Below are positions 40,340-52,304 of a DNA stretch of 64,000 nucleotides, piece by piece; position 1 is the stretch's first letter; the number at the start of each line of letters is the position of its first letter. The notes under the pieces were generated by a model, which did not search any database, was not told the origin of the DNA, and saw nothing but the letters and a program-made list of their open reading frames with translations. This DNA comes from Octopus vulgaris (Eukaryota): assembly GCA_951406725.2 (NCBI GenBank), contig OX597823.1, positions 70,246,001 through 70,310,000 on the forward strand, written 5' to 3'. A program made the position numbers and the translations under genes.

Positions 40340-41442
40340 AAGATCAACATATAATGGGGTGGCAAGAAACTAATTTCAGTTTTTAGTGTAGAATAAAAGT
40401 CATCTTTTTCATACAAAGAATGAACTTTAGACAATTATATATTTTCCATTTCCTTCGATGAGTTTTTGCCATCTTTCTAGCAACTTCACGATACCATGCA
40501 TACAGAACTTCTGGTCCTCATCATCCAAAAACTGAAGCAAGTGCAATTTCAGGTCATCATCATTATTAAAAGGTTTACCATTCAGAGAATTTTGGAAATT
40601 CCAAAATAAATGGTAATTTGATGGTGCAATGTCAGGTTTATGGTGGATGTGACATAACTTCCCAGCCAAGCTCCATTAATTTTTCACAAGTTAGCAAAGA
40701 CGTGTGTGGTCTAGCGTTGTCATGGTTGAACATGATTCCTTTACAATTTGCCAATTCTTTTTTTGATGCAATTTAGCTTTCGACATGGTTTGTGCTACTT
40801 CATTACACTTGGACCATGATTGTTTTTGATTGATGTTATTTAGATAATCCATTTTTCATCACCAGTGATAATTCCTTTCAGAAAAATTGATTTCATTGTG
40901 TTTGAGATGTGAATCACAAATGTTGTGTTAAATGTATCTCTTTCAATTTATGTGGAACCCTCAGTTGTTGTGTATGATAGATTTAACCTCTCTGCAATCT
41001 CTTGCACAGTTATATGACAATCAGATTCCATTATGGCTTTGATTCGGTCATCATCTACTTCAGTAGGTCAACCAGAACATTGGCCATCTTTGAATGAAAA
41101 ATCTCCAGAAAGGTATTTTTTAAACCATTTCTGACATGTGTGTTCTGTTAAGCAATCAGCACCAGAAACTTCACATATCTCTGTGAGCCTCAGCAGCTTT
41201 TTTGCCTTTACAGAAATAAAAAAGCAAAATATGGCGAAAATGTTCACTTTTGCACTCCTATTTTAAAAGTGACACTGAACTAACAATGTAAACAAAATTA
41301 CATGCAATTTGCTTCTAAAGTAAGCTAAAGGTAACAGCTATCAAATGTCAAAAGGAAAAAAATCATAACACTGACAAAAGTCATTCAAAACAGTTATAAC
41401 TCTATTTGCAAAAAAGGATATTACTTTCTTCACAACACAATA
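40340..41442 (-). mobile_element. Decayed mariner transposase copy
   Basis: PDIAPSNYHLFWNFQNSLNGKPF...GIVKLLERWQKLIEGNGKYI. Confidence 0.85.
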
Positions 41443-41724
41443 TAGTATTAGCCTGTCAACTGTCAATCTGGCAAGAATCCTTAAAACTATTAATCTCGTG
41501 GACAGTTTTACAACCACAGTAGATCTTTCCTTACCTCACATTTTCTGCTTTGTTTGTTTGTTTCTCTCTCCTCCCCTTCTCTCTAGATTTTAGTTTCTCT
41601 CTCTTTCAATCTATCTAAAATGGCTTTTTGCTGTTTGGGTTCTCACAGTCAGTCAGATGTACAGCATGTATTAACACATGTATTCTGTTCACCTTTTATA
41701 TAAGCATTGTAAATAGGTAGTTAT

Positions 41725-41997
41725 GGTGCTACGTCTTTTCATCCGACGTCACTTTGTCAAACGTCTTTTCATCTGACGTCTTTTTGTCCAATGATTTTTT
41801 TTGTCCAACAACAAATCCTATCAATAAAATTCTTAATGAATATTTGATTTTGATGTTCACCTTGTTTTCTAAAGAGTTTATTTAAAATCGGATAGAAAGT
41901 TGTTGGACAAAAAAATCATCAAACAAAAAGACATTGCCCCAAACGACATGGACGAAATGACGTTGGACAAAGTGAATCGGACAAAAAACCGGGTTAC
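41725..41997. mobile_element. Mutator-like MITE with subterminal short repeats
   Basis: 10-bp direct repeat AGGTAGTTAT at 41715-41724 and 41998-42007; inverted arrays of about 15-bp acgtc(t/a)yttt..cc units. Confidence 0.7.
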
Positions 41998-42424
41998 AGG
42001 TAGTTATACCTATTCATACACAAAGTTATCTAAATCTACATATTTCTGGGAGTGGCTTTTATTCATCAAACTTTATATTCCATTTCTTATTATTTTTATA
42101 CTTCAACTGGTGATTTTTCCCATATATGTAATTGCTTTCCCAAATAAATTTGCTTTACCTTTTAGAAGCTTCAAGGAAGCTAGAAGGTGATGCACACGCA
42201 TTCATCTCTAAGTGCACTGCATCCTATAACAGACACACCATTGAGGTGATGACCTGTTTCCTTATCAGTTATTTAATCACATATTATACACGATCTATAT
42301 TTGACTAATGCTTTATACTGAGGCTTATGTTTAGTGAGTTCTAACACCAGGGTATGAGTATTGCTGTACCTCAGTGAAATATTCAAATATACATATAAAT
42401 ATATAACTGTGGAGCACTGCCTTG

Positions 42425-43272
42425 AACATCTGAGAGTCAAATTCGTCGATGCCTCCACCAAGTTTGGAGATGGTCTAACGAATGGGACCTGTGTCTGAAC
42501 GTGTCAAAGTGCTGTCATCTGCCTGTTGGCTCTTCTCCTGCAACTCAACTTGATTTCGAGCCGGGCCGTCTGCTGCTGGAGAGGACTGACCAGGTAAAGG
42601 ACCTGGGTATCTTGATGGATTCTTCCTTTTCGCCTTCGGCCCAGTGCGTCCATGCTGCCAACAAAGCAAGCGGAATTCTGTTTTTGATTCGACGGTCATT
42701 CGGAATGCTCACAGCAGCCATATTCCTACCGCTCTATGTCACACTGGTGAGACCCATATTGGAGTATGGGATTCAAGCCTCTTCTCCTTATCTCCTCAAA
42801 GACATACATCATCTTGAAAAAGTCCAGAAGCTGGCTACCCGCATGGTTCTTGGTCTCAAGCATTTGTCTTATGAAGAAAGGCTGAAGACGCTTGACCTTT
42901 ATTCTCTAGAAAAACGACGACGCCGTGGTGATCTCATTCTTGCTCACATCATAAGCGGAAAGTGTAACCTCTCGAAAGAGCTGTTCTTCACTCCTGCCCC
43001 AGAGCGTCGGCTGCAGGGTCACTCCGAAAAGCTCTATCTGCGACGATTTCATCTCAATTGAAGGAGAGGGGCTTTCTCCGTCCGGGTTGCAGATCCGTGG
43101 AATAAGCTGCCGGATGAGATAGTGAAGATGCCAACGACCGCTCGGTTCAAAGTCTCTCTTGACCAGAAATGGCCTGAACTCTTTGCATGAACACCCTCTC
43201 TGTACATAACTCCATGTCCCCCTACATGGCCTTGCTTTTTGCTTTTTGAGCCCAAAAATTAACTTAACTAAA
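42425..43272 (+). mobile_element. CR1-clade LINE 3' end
   Basis: VKDLGILMD, YVTLVRPILEYG, LEKVQKLATRMV, YEERLKTLDLYSLEKRRRRGDLI. Confidence 0.92.
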
Positions 43273-43406
43273 TGAATCAACCCCAGTATTCTCTTTCTTT
43301 TTCTAAGCCTGCTACTTATTCTATCAATCTTTTTTGCCGAATTGCTAAGTTACAAAAACACACTAACATCATTTGTCAAGCAGTGTAGGGGAACAAAGAC
43401 ACAAAG

Positions 43407-43446
<40 letters not shown>

Positions 43447-43547
43447 CTGGGGTTGGTGCAGCCTTCTGGCTTCACAGACCCCAGTTGAACTGTCCAACCC
43501 ATGCTAGCATGGAAAGCGGATGTTAAACGATGATGATGATGATGATA

Positions 43548-43578
<31 letters not shown>

Positions 43579-43760
43579 ATATTAGGGAATAAATCCAAAT
43601 TTACAGGGAAAAGTCAGATTTAGGATTGAATCCAATTTTATAGTAAAATATTATATAATAGTCTCTAATTAATATTATATATATATATATGATAGCTTCT
43701 ATGAAAGTCATGGGGTGGTTACCTCCTCTGTTAGTGTATATACATTGCACTCTTCTTACA

Positions 43761-44010
43761 GCATTTGACAAATATTTGTCCTCATCTTGTTTGTTGTTAA
43801 CACAACGTTTTGGCTGATACACCCTCCAGCCTTCATCAGGTGTCTTGGAGAAACTTCGAACTTGGATTCTCATTCCTAAGGTATTTTTCGATGTTACTAT
43901 TATTATTATTATTATTATTATTACTACTATTATTCAGATCACTGCTTGGAATCGAACTTGGAATCTTGGGGTTAGTAGCCAATACTTTTAACCACTATGC
44001 CATATGCCCA
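43761..44010 (-). mobile_element. tRNA-headed SINE-like element with hammerhead tail (copy 1)
   Basis: Minus strand: A box TGGCATAGTGG, B box GTTCGATTC, (TAA)n, then gacac CTGATGA a ggctg..cagcc AAAA cg TT gtgtt at 43844-43799. Confidence 0.8.
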
Positions 44011-44181
44011 CAGGCATATGGCATACAGCATTAAGAGCTCTTTAACTATAAAAGTATATTGCTCATGCTGAGAGGGTGTATTTTTGTCAGTGTGTGTGTA
44101 TGCATGTGTGCAAGGAATTTCATTAAGTAGACAAAGTGATTTCATTAGGTAGACAAAGTGATTTACAACTGGTATGTAAAA

Positions 44182-44402
44182 CTTATTTACATTATTTACA
44201 TTCGAAGGATATTTGTCCTAATTTTCTTTGTTGTTAACACAATGTTTTGGCTGATAGACCATCCAGCCTTGATCTGGTGTCTTGGAGAAATTTCAAATCT
44301 AGATTCTCATACCTAAGGTATTTTTTTATGTTGTTGTTGTTGTTGTTATTATTATTATTATTATCATCATTATTATTATTATTATCATTATTATCATTAT
44401 TA

Positions 44403-44456
<54 letters not shown>

Positions 44457-44734
44457 TCACTGCCATGGCATAGTGGTTAAGAGCACGGGCTACTAACCCC
44501 AAGATTCCGAGTTCGATTCCAGGCAGTGACCTTAATAATAATAATAATAATAATAATAACATTGAAAAATACTCTTAGGAATGAGAACCCAGGTTCGAAG
44601 TTTCTCCAAGACACCTGATGAAGGCTGGAGGCTATATCAGCTAAAACCTTGTGTTAACAACAAACAAGATGAGGACAAATATCTGTCAAATGTAAATAAT
44701 GTACATAACTCCTCATCTCTTAAATATAGAACTG
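44182..44734. mobile_element. Head-to-head inverted dimer of the same tRNA/hammerhead element (copies 2 and 3)
   Basis: A minus copy at about 44190-44464 is joined to a plus copy at about 44465-44734 (CTGATGA at 44615-44621). Flanking direct repeat TGGTATGTAAAA at 44170-44181 and 44735-44746. Confidence 0.8.
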
Positions 44735-44899
44735 TGGTATGTAAAAGATAATTTATTTTAATAGGGCTGAGTTTCAGATCAGAATGCCCACATAAGTTGG
44801 ATTTTTTCCATTTTGACAAGGATCTTCTCAGCTTTTTTTTATCACCGTGGCATTAGAAATGATGGAGGCATCTTTTTATGAAATAAGTGTCTGAAAATT

Positions 44900-47120
44900 T
44901 CTCATTTTTTTCACCACCCCCACCTCTGTGCCAATTTTGGCCAATTGTTTTTGCATTCCACACTTAAAAACCACCAGAGAAGCCATTTTAGTAAAACAAA
45001 GTCATCAGGGCAGCTAAATCAACAGAGTAGAGAGACTGCATTTCTGGTTGGGGAACCTTGATGAAGGCTTTGCAAAGGTCCCAGAAGATGAAGAAGAATG
45101 GTTGCTGCAGTTCACAAGCCTTTTCTTGGAGTTGCCTTACACAGGAGATCATGTCAACCATTCCTGATGACCATCGAAAGCCACATTGAGATTCTGTGAG
45201 TACTTCTTCCACAACAACCAGCAGATGATCCAGAAGAATTCTGGTAAAAATGTTGCCAGCAATACTGAGCAGAAATATATCACAGTAGTTGTTGCGTACT
45301 GACCAATCTTCTTTCTTCAAGATGGTAATGGTGCTTGCATTTTTAGAGTCATCTGGAATGGTCTTGGTGTCCCATATTCACAATATCAGGTGGAACAGTT
45401 TGGTTTTCAATCCATACCCATCACATGTGAAAAGCTCCAAGGGCAAGTTGTCTGGACTGGGAGCTTTTCCCGGTTTCATTCGTTCGTTGGCTTTCATGAA
45501 TTCCTGGAATGATGAAGGGTGATCCATAGTTTGACAGGTCACTGCAGAGTGTTTCTCAAAAGTTCTTTTGGGGTTTGAGAATGGATGTTCAGGAGAAGAT
45601 GGAAATGATCTCTGCAATGATGCATGATCTCTTTTTCTGTGGTGAGGGTTTGGCTGTCAGCAATTTTCAAGGCATCAGTAGACAACCTGATGGGGCCAAA
45701 TGTCTCCTTGGTCTATGTAACCCTGGAGTTCAGCAGTCTTCGCTTGCCACCAGGAGTTCTGGATTTCTCTGAAGCATCTTTGACACATCTGCGATTCTTG
45801 TTGCTTCTTGTCAGATGGTTTTCAAAAGTAATATATGCTACTCTTTTCCTTTTGATCAGATGTTCAACCTCTTCACAATTTTCAGCAAACCAGTCTTGCT
45901 TCTGGTGCTTTGAGTAGCAGTTGACCTTGTCTGCAGAAGGCGTTACAGCATTACACACTGTTCCAATCATTTAGTAAAGGATTCCCATTCTATCTTTCCC
46001 TCAGATGTTGGCAAACTGCTTCTTCGAAGGATTGGGATGTTATTGAGTCCTTCAGTTTGCAACAGTCATACCTCGGTTTGCACTTTTGAGTATTGGGATA
46101 CCAAGAGGGTGGAATGGATGGAAAAGTTGAGACAAAAGATCACAAGCCGGTGGTCTGTCCAACTATCATCAGTGCCTAGCAAGGATCTAGTGATCCTCAT
46201 GTTCCTCTTTTCTCTGATCCTTGTCAATACATAATCCAGAATATACCAGTGTTTTGACCTCAGATGTTGCCAGATTGTTTTGTGGTGGGTTGGAAGATGG
46301 AAAATGGGGTTCATACTATCAGGTCCTTTTCTACACAGAGTCTGAGGAAGAAGAATCCATTGGTATTGCAGTTTTCAATCCTGTGTTTGCCAAGGATGCC
46401 TTACCAGAGATTGTGATTGTGACCAACTTGGGTGTTGAAGTTACCAAACATGTTCAGTTTATCATTACACAGAACAGCTTCAATGGTAGCATTGACAGAG
46501 TCATAGAAAGCATTTTTAATTTCATCATCTGAGTCTAGAGTTAGAGTACAGATTGAGAGCAGTATAAGGTCTTCTTGAGTAGTGGGATTTGGATGGACAT
46601 CGGATGTTTGCTTGTTGATGTCAGGGTCAGGTTGTGTTTCTTGACCAACTGAGTTTTCATGGCAAGTCAGACACCATGGATGCAAGGTTCACTAGCATCC
46701 TTTCCTCTCCAAAAGAACATGTAGCCAACTGCCTTCACACTGCCATCACCAGACAAATGAGTTTTGTTCAGAACAGTTATGTTAATGTGGAAGAAGGCGA
46801 GTTTTTGGGAGACAAGCACAGTATGCCTTTCAGATTAGTAGGTAGTTTGTATGTCCTTCAAAGTTCTCATGTTCCATGCTCCCAAAGTCAGAGAATGGAA
46901 TCAAATTTTTCCACTGCTAGGATAGGATTCCACTAGTCATGGCAAACCAGAGAGCAGTGTCCAATATTTACCCCACCCTTTTTAGTGGCTTCCCTGTACA
47001 GAAAGGGCAGCAGTGTTCCTAAATAGGCCAGCCTTGACATGTACACAGCTGCCAAAATCCTATGTTACTGCTACTTCACAGAGAAAATGACAATTGTGTG
47101 CACATCACCAATGTGAGTTA
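44900..47120 (-). mobile_element. Decayed RTE/BovB-like LINE (APE endonuclease plus first RT motifs)
   Basis: SDDEIKNAFYD, GNFNTQVG, WYILDYVL..WTDHRLV, GKAPSPDNLPLE, LLSIAGNIFTRILL..ESQCGFR. Confidence 0.88.
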
Positions 47121-48016
47121 ACAAGCTAGAAGCTTCCAGCATACCAAGTCTGCTGCTGTTGCCTGTGGGACATTGCCATTGGACTTGAAGAAGCGGTGGA
47201 GAGCATCATACAGGGTCCAGATGGGCTGTTTACATGTTTTTATTAGGGTGGATGATGTTTCACAAAACCAATGCCCACACACTTTGCTCCAAGGCCTCCT
47301 CTCATCATGTGGTTGAGACAGGCAGTCTTGGAACAATGGAGTTGTAGGGAGTTGCCAAAACCCAATTCTTTTAGGGATTGCCTTGACATCAGCCAAAATG
47401 TGAGAACATGTCTAGTCATGGGGAAATAATATTTTGGAAACCATGACAGGAAGGGCATCTGTTTGTAGAAAAACCATTCCCACATATTGTCTGCCCCATG
47501 TGATCATGGAAAAGAGGATGTCAAATGATGGTGACAATGTCTTCACTGCATACTAACATTGATTTTTATTAGCTCCACCCTCTCCTTATCCCACCACCAC
47601 CACCTAAATAAAACGATGACAACAACAACACACACAAAAACTGCTCCATAGTGCCTGATCTGATATCAGTTTACTTCATTTGCAGTGTTAAATTAAAAGC
47701 TCCCAAACACATTAGCTTAGAAGAAATGTGTTGAATTACTTGGGAACAACATGTTTAGTGCTGCTCTGAAACAATAAGTTTATTGAGACATCTTAAACAT
47801 ATATGATATTTGAGATAAAATGTAGGGAGGAATGCTAGAAAGGAGAAGTGAGAAATGATATGTATATTTAAATAGAAGATAGCATAAATCAAGCTAAGCT
47901 AAAAAAATCAGAATTTATCACATAGCTTTCAACAAGTTTAAATTCCTGGACGTTTTTGTTAGCAATTGTCTAAATTTAGCAATTTTGTTAGCAATTATCT
48001 GAAAAGTCCTGCTTAC

Positions 48017-48099
48017 CTTTTCTTCGACTGTTGTCTTAAGCTGTTTGGCAGTATCAGCAACTGTCTTACTAGCAAATTTTCCAACACTGAATAAATAAC
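48017..48099 (-). CDS. SYAP1: SYAP1/Sap47-like BSD-domain gene, first coding exon visible in window (xYLFSVGKFASKTVADTAKQLKTTVEEK)
   Basis: 83 bp with ttctttacag acceptor and AAG|gtaagc donor. It ends in phase 0, matching the next exon. The peptide resembles vertebrate SYAP1 '[30 protein letters not shown]' as I recall it. Confidence 0.88.
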
Positions 48100-48448
48100 C
48101 TGTAAAGAAAATAGAAGGTAGCAACTTAAACCAATACCAAGTGGGGTTGTTTTAGTCAATGATGCAAAAAAAAACAGATACATATATATTAAAGGAAAAT
48201 ATGAAATAAAAAAACATTGAATGAAATTACACTGGTTTCAAATTAGGGCAAAAGGTCAACAATTTGGTGGGAGGGGATAAGTTGATTACATTGAATCCAG
48301 TGCTCAATCATTACTTTGTCAACCCCAATTGGATGAAAGACAAAGTCGACCTCAGTGGAATTTGAACTCAGAATGAAGTGATGGACAAAATGTTGTTAAG
48401 CATTTTTCCTAGCATGCTAATAGTTCTGCCAGCTTGCTGTCTTACCTT

Positions 48449-48865
48449 TTTACTCTTTAACTTGTTTCAGCCATTTGACGGTGGCCATGCTGGAGCACCA
48501 CCTTCAGTCGAACAAATCAAACCCAGGGCTTATTCTTTGGAAGCCTAGTACTTATTCTATCGGTCTCTTTTGTCAAACCACTAAGTTACGGGGACATAAA
48601 CACACCAGGATCAGGTGTCAAGCGATGTTGGGGGGACAAACACAGACACACAAACATATACACACACATACATATATATACATATATATATACATATATA
48701 CGATGGGCTTCTTTCAGTTTCCGTCTACCAAATCCACTCACAAGGCTTTGGTCAGCCCAAGGCTATAGTAGAAGACACTTGCCCAAGGTGCCACGCAGTG
48801 CGACTGAACCCGGAGCCATGTGGTTCGTAAGCAAGCTACTTACCACACAGCCACTCCTACGCCTA
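48449..48865 (-). mobile_element. Full-length SINE family A copy
   Basis: Reverse complement of the family A head, core and tail; inverted relative to 49137-49530. Confidence 0.85.
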
Positions 48866-49522
48866 TAAAGCCTCCTACGTCTTCTTGAATAAAATTATAT
48901 TAAATTAGCCTTTTAAGAGAGCGTTTCCTATTGGTGAGTGTGCTTGTGAGAAATGAAGTATAATGGGTGGGAGAGAGAACAAATTACCATTTTTAATAAA
49001 ATTAAGATGGTTTTTACCTTTTAAACTTGCCCGATACCATGGTAAAGAAAGAACTACATAAATACAAACTCTCTTTTGAATTCTCATTTATATATGGAGA
49101 GGGCGGAAAAGAATTTCACTTTATAAATGTATGCACAGGTGCAGGCATGGCTGTGTGGTAAGAAGCTTGCTTCCCAACCGCATGGTTCCAGGTTCAATCC
49201 CATTGAGTGGCACCTTGGGCAAGTGCTTCTACTATAGCCTCAGGCCAACCAAAACCTTGTGGGTGAATTTTGTAGATGGAAACTGAAAGAAGCCCATTGG
49301 ATATGTATGTATATGTTTGTGTGTCTTTGTGTCTGTGTTTGTTCCCCCCATCACCGCTTGACAACTGGTGTTGGCGTGTTACATCTCTCTAACTTAGCAG
49401 TTCAGCAAATGAGACTGGTAGGCTTTAAAATATAAGTCCTGGGGTTCATTTGTTTGGTTAAAACCCTTTAAGGTAGTGTTCCAGCATAGCCACAGTCAAA
49501 AGCCTGAAACAAGTAAAAGAGT

Positions 49523-49581
<59 letters not shown>

Positions 49582-51402
49582 GAGAGAACACAAATGGGTT
49601 GAGGATCACTACAGCTGTTTCAAATGTGTTTTTTTTTAAAGAATAAACTGATTACATCAATGGTGAATTAAAACATAAAATAAAATTAAAAATTAGGTTA
49701 TGAAAACATAAGTTCAGAAAAAATATTGTTCAGAAAAAGTATCAAGATATGCACCAGCAGCCGTCCAAGAGTTTGGACCTGGAGATCTCCATTTCCAGCG
49801 ACTTCGAGGGCCACCTCCCAGTGGTGTCGGGCATCAACGAAGAGCCCTCGACTACAATAAGACAACCAAGGTTTTTTGTTTTTTTTTCCCAAGCTCTGGG
49901 GTCTCCTGCCCCTAAACCCTAGACCATCACCTAATTATCCTTACCTATCTCGTTGCTTAACAACAACAACAACCAGCAGCAGCATTAAAGTTTTCAGTAA
50001 CAAAGCTCAGACCAAGTTGTTTGCTAGCCAAAATTATTTTTCATTTCATTTTAGTTGTTTGTTTCCTATTTACTTTTCTTGCAGCTGATGTATCTATTTA
50101 CTCTGGGAAATGTATAAAATTTCCCCCTGATAAACACTCTATATTTTCCCTCTCTCTTTTTCTCTCTAACTCTTATTTCAACAAACTTCTTAACCATATC
50201 ATTCTCCTTTTCATATCATTATCATTTCTTTCATTCTCTTTCTCTTCACCTCTTACTTCCACTAACTACATGACAGCATAATGCATCAGCTAATAATACA
50301 TCACTACCCTCTCTCTCTCTCTCTCTATCTGCATTTCTTCTGGGTATCCACTCATATATACTTTGCGTATTAAGGCTACCACTGGTTTCATATCATGAAA
50401 ATACCTTAATTTTTTTCAAGCTGATCACATAGAGAAATTGGTGTTTGTCACCCCCAGGACATCACCCTTCTACCAAACATTGTAGTTCCAACTCTTTTTC
50501 TCTATATCTCTCCCTTCAACTAACTTTTTAACCATGTAATAACTAATACATTCTCCCTACCTCACATTTTTAACACATCTCTCTACTTTTTTTTTCTCAC
50601 ACTTTGCTTCTCCCTTGAACTAACCATGCGACACTTTTCTTCTTTCTCTCTTCCTTCTTTTCTACTTCTTTCTTTCACCCCTCCTTCTCCCACCTTTCCT
50701 CTCTCATTCCATCTCCTTCTCTCTCAGTCATTACACCTACTCCTCTTTCTAACTAACTAAAGCAAACAAGCAAAATTATAATATAGATTAAGTTTTAAAA
50801 TTGTTTTGCAAAACAATTTCTTTATTCAGAGATTAATTCAGTAAACACTTTTCATAATGCCCTATGGTATGCAAGTAAGAATAAACAAATAAATGTGTGT
50901 GTGTGTGAGTATGTGCACACATACACGCATGTCTGTGTGTATACCTACACACACACACATGCACACATTTTGTGTTGGGCCTACAACTCTGTAAAGTTGT
51001 ACAGGAGTGGCATACAATATATGCTACATGACATGATATGCATTTCTAGATTTCTAGACCGATCTGGATCCACATGTCTGACCAAATACAATTTCTTCCA
51101 GGGAAGAGACAGTCAATCGGGAAGAAAAAGTCACAGAAATTGGAGAACTGATGCCAGTACAGGCTTGGTGATTTAGAAAGGACAAGCAAAGCTGCCCTCA
51201 GCAGAATTTGAACTAAGAGTGTAAAAACTCAGAATGAATCAAGCAAAGAAACCTATCCCATGTTCTAATAATTCTTCCAATAAGCTACTTCCCTCTCAGT
51301 CATCTCTCTCTCTTTGTATGTATGTATGTATGGATGGATGGAGGCATGTGTGTGCGTGTGTGTATGTATGTATGGATGGATGGAGGTATGTGTGTGTATA
51401 TA

Positions 51403-51590
51403 CAAGGGAGTACCCAAAAGAAACCAGGATTTTGCAAAATTATTTTATTCACTTAGTTTTACATGTTTACACTTTTACCACCTTCAAAGTATTATCCATT
51501 TGTAACAATACATCGGTCCAGGCACATTTTCCACTATTCAAAGCAGTGCTGGAACTCTTGTAAAGTGATGCCATTTAACGCTTCCGTTGT
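51403..51590 (-). mobile_element. Mariner 3' fragment
   Basis: Minus strand reads as ..DRCIVTNG*YFEG-like C-terminus next to a TIR-like TACAAGGGAGTACCCAAAAG. Confidence 0.6.
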
Positions 51591-51961
51591 TTTTGTGTGT
51601 AGCAAATGCACAGGAGCATTAAACACTTAAAATGTGCAGAAAACAGCTTCCATCGCATATATATGTGTGTGCGTATATATATATGTATATATATATATCA
51701 TTAATTAAATATATTCTGTTAGAATATTATACACTGAATTTATACTGAGTGCTCTTTGTATAAAATGTCAAAAATAATACTATAAAGTATTTAGACATTA
51801 ATACAAGCGATTCTATATACTCTAATTTGAAATAATATCAAATATGAAATTCAATATCAAAAAAATTCCTCACGAAGATATATATGTCTAAAATAGTATT
51901 TTATTAAAAATATATGTAAATATATGAAACATGACAGTTTAAAAGTTTGTTAATTAATGCG

Positions 51962-52049
51962 TCTTACGATCGTTTCGTGAAATTATTGTCATTATAATAG
52001 AGTCCATTGTTGATACACATTGATAGACAATACTTCCACTCGTCAGAAA
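51962..52049 (-). ncRNA. Type I hammerhead ribozyme motif with canonical core
   Basis: Minus strand: ttt CTGACGA gtggaagtattgtc-(loop)-gacaataatttcac GAAA cgatcg TA aga. Stem II has 14 bp with one mismatch; stem III is palindromic; cleavage triplet GUA. Confidence 0.8.
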
Positions 52050-52273
52050 TGGAGAAGATAAAGCTTTTATAATATATCGAATGTTGTTTTAAAAATAGAA
52101 AAATATATGAGAAAGTATTTTTGAAAAACAGATAAAAATTTACTGGTTTAATGCAGGTCGATTTTTGTAATAAAATTTAAAGTTTGTATTAATATTCTTG
52201 GGTACTGAAGTGGAAAGTAGCACAGATTAACAGAGAGAGAGGGGAGAGAGAGAGAGTGTGTGTGTGTGTATGT

Positions 52274-52304
<31 letters not shown>

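Noticed and set aside
44465-44531. Possible tRNA gene
   Set aside because: It has A and B boxes but no convincing acceptor stem, and it continues into a repeated SINE body; treated as a SINE head.
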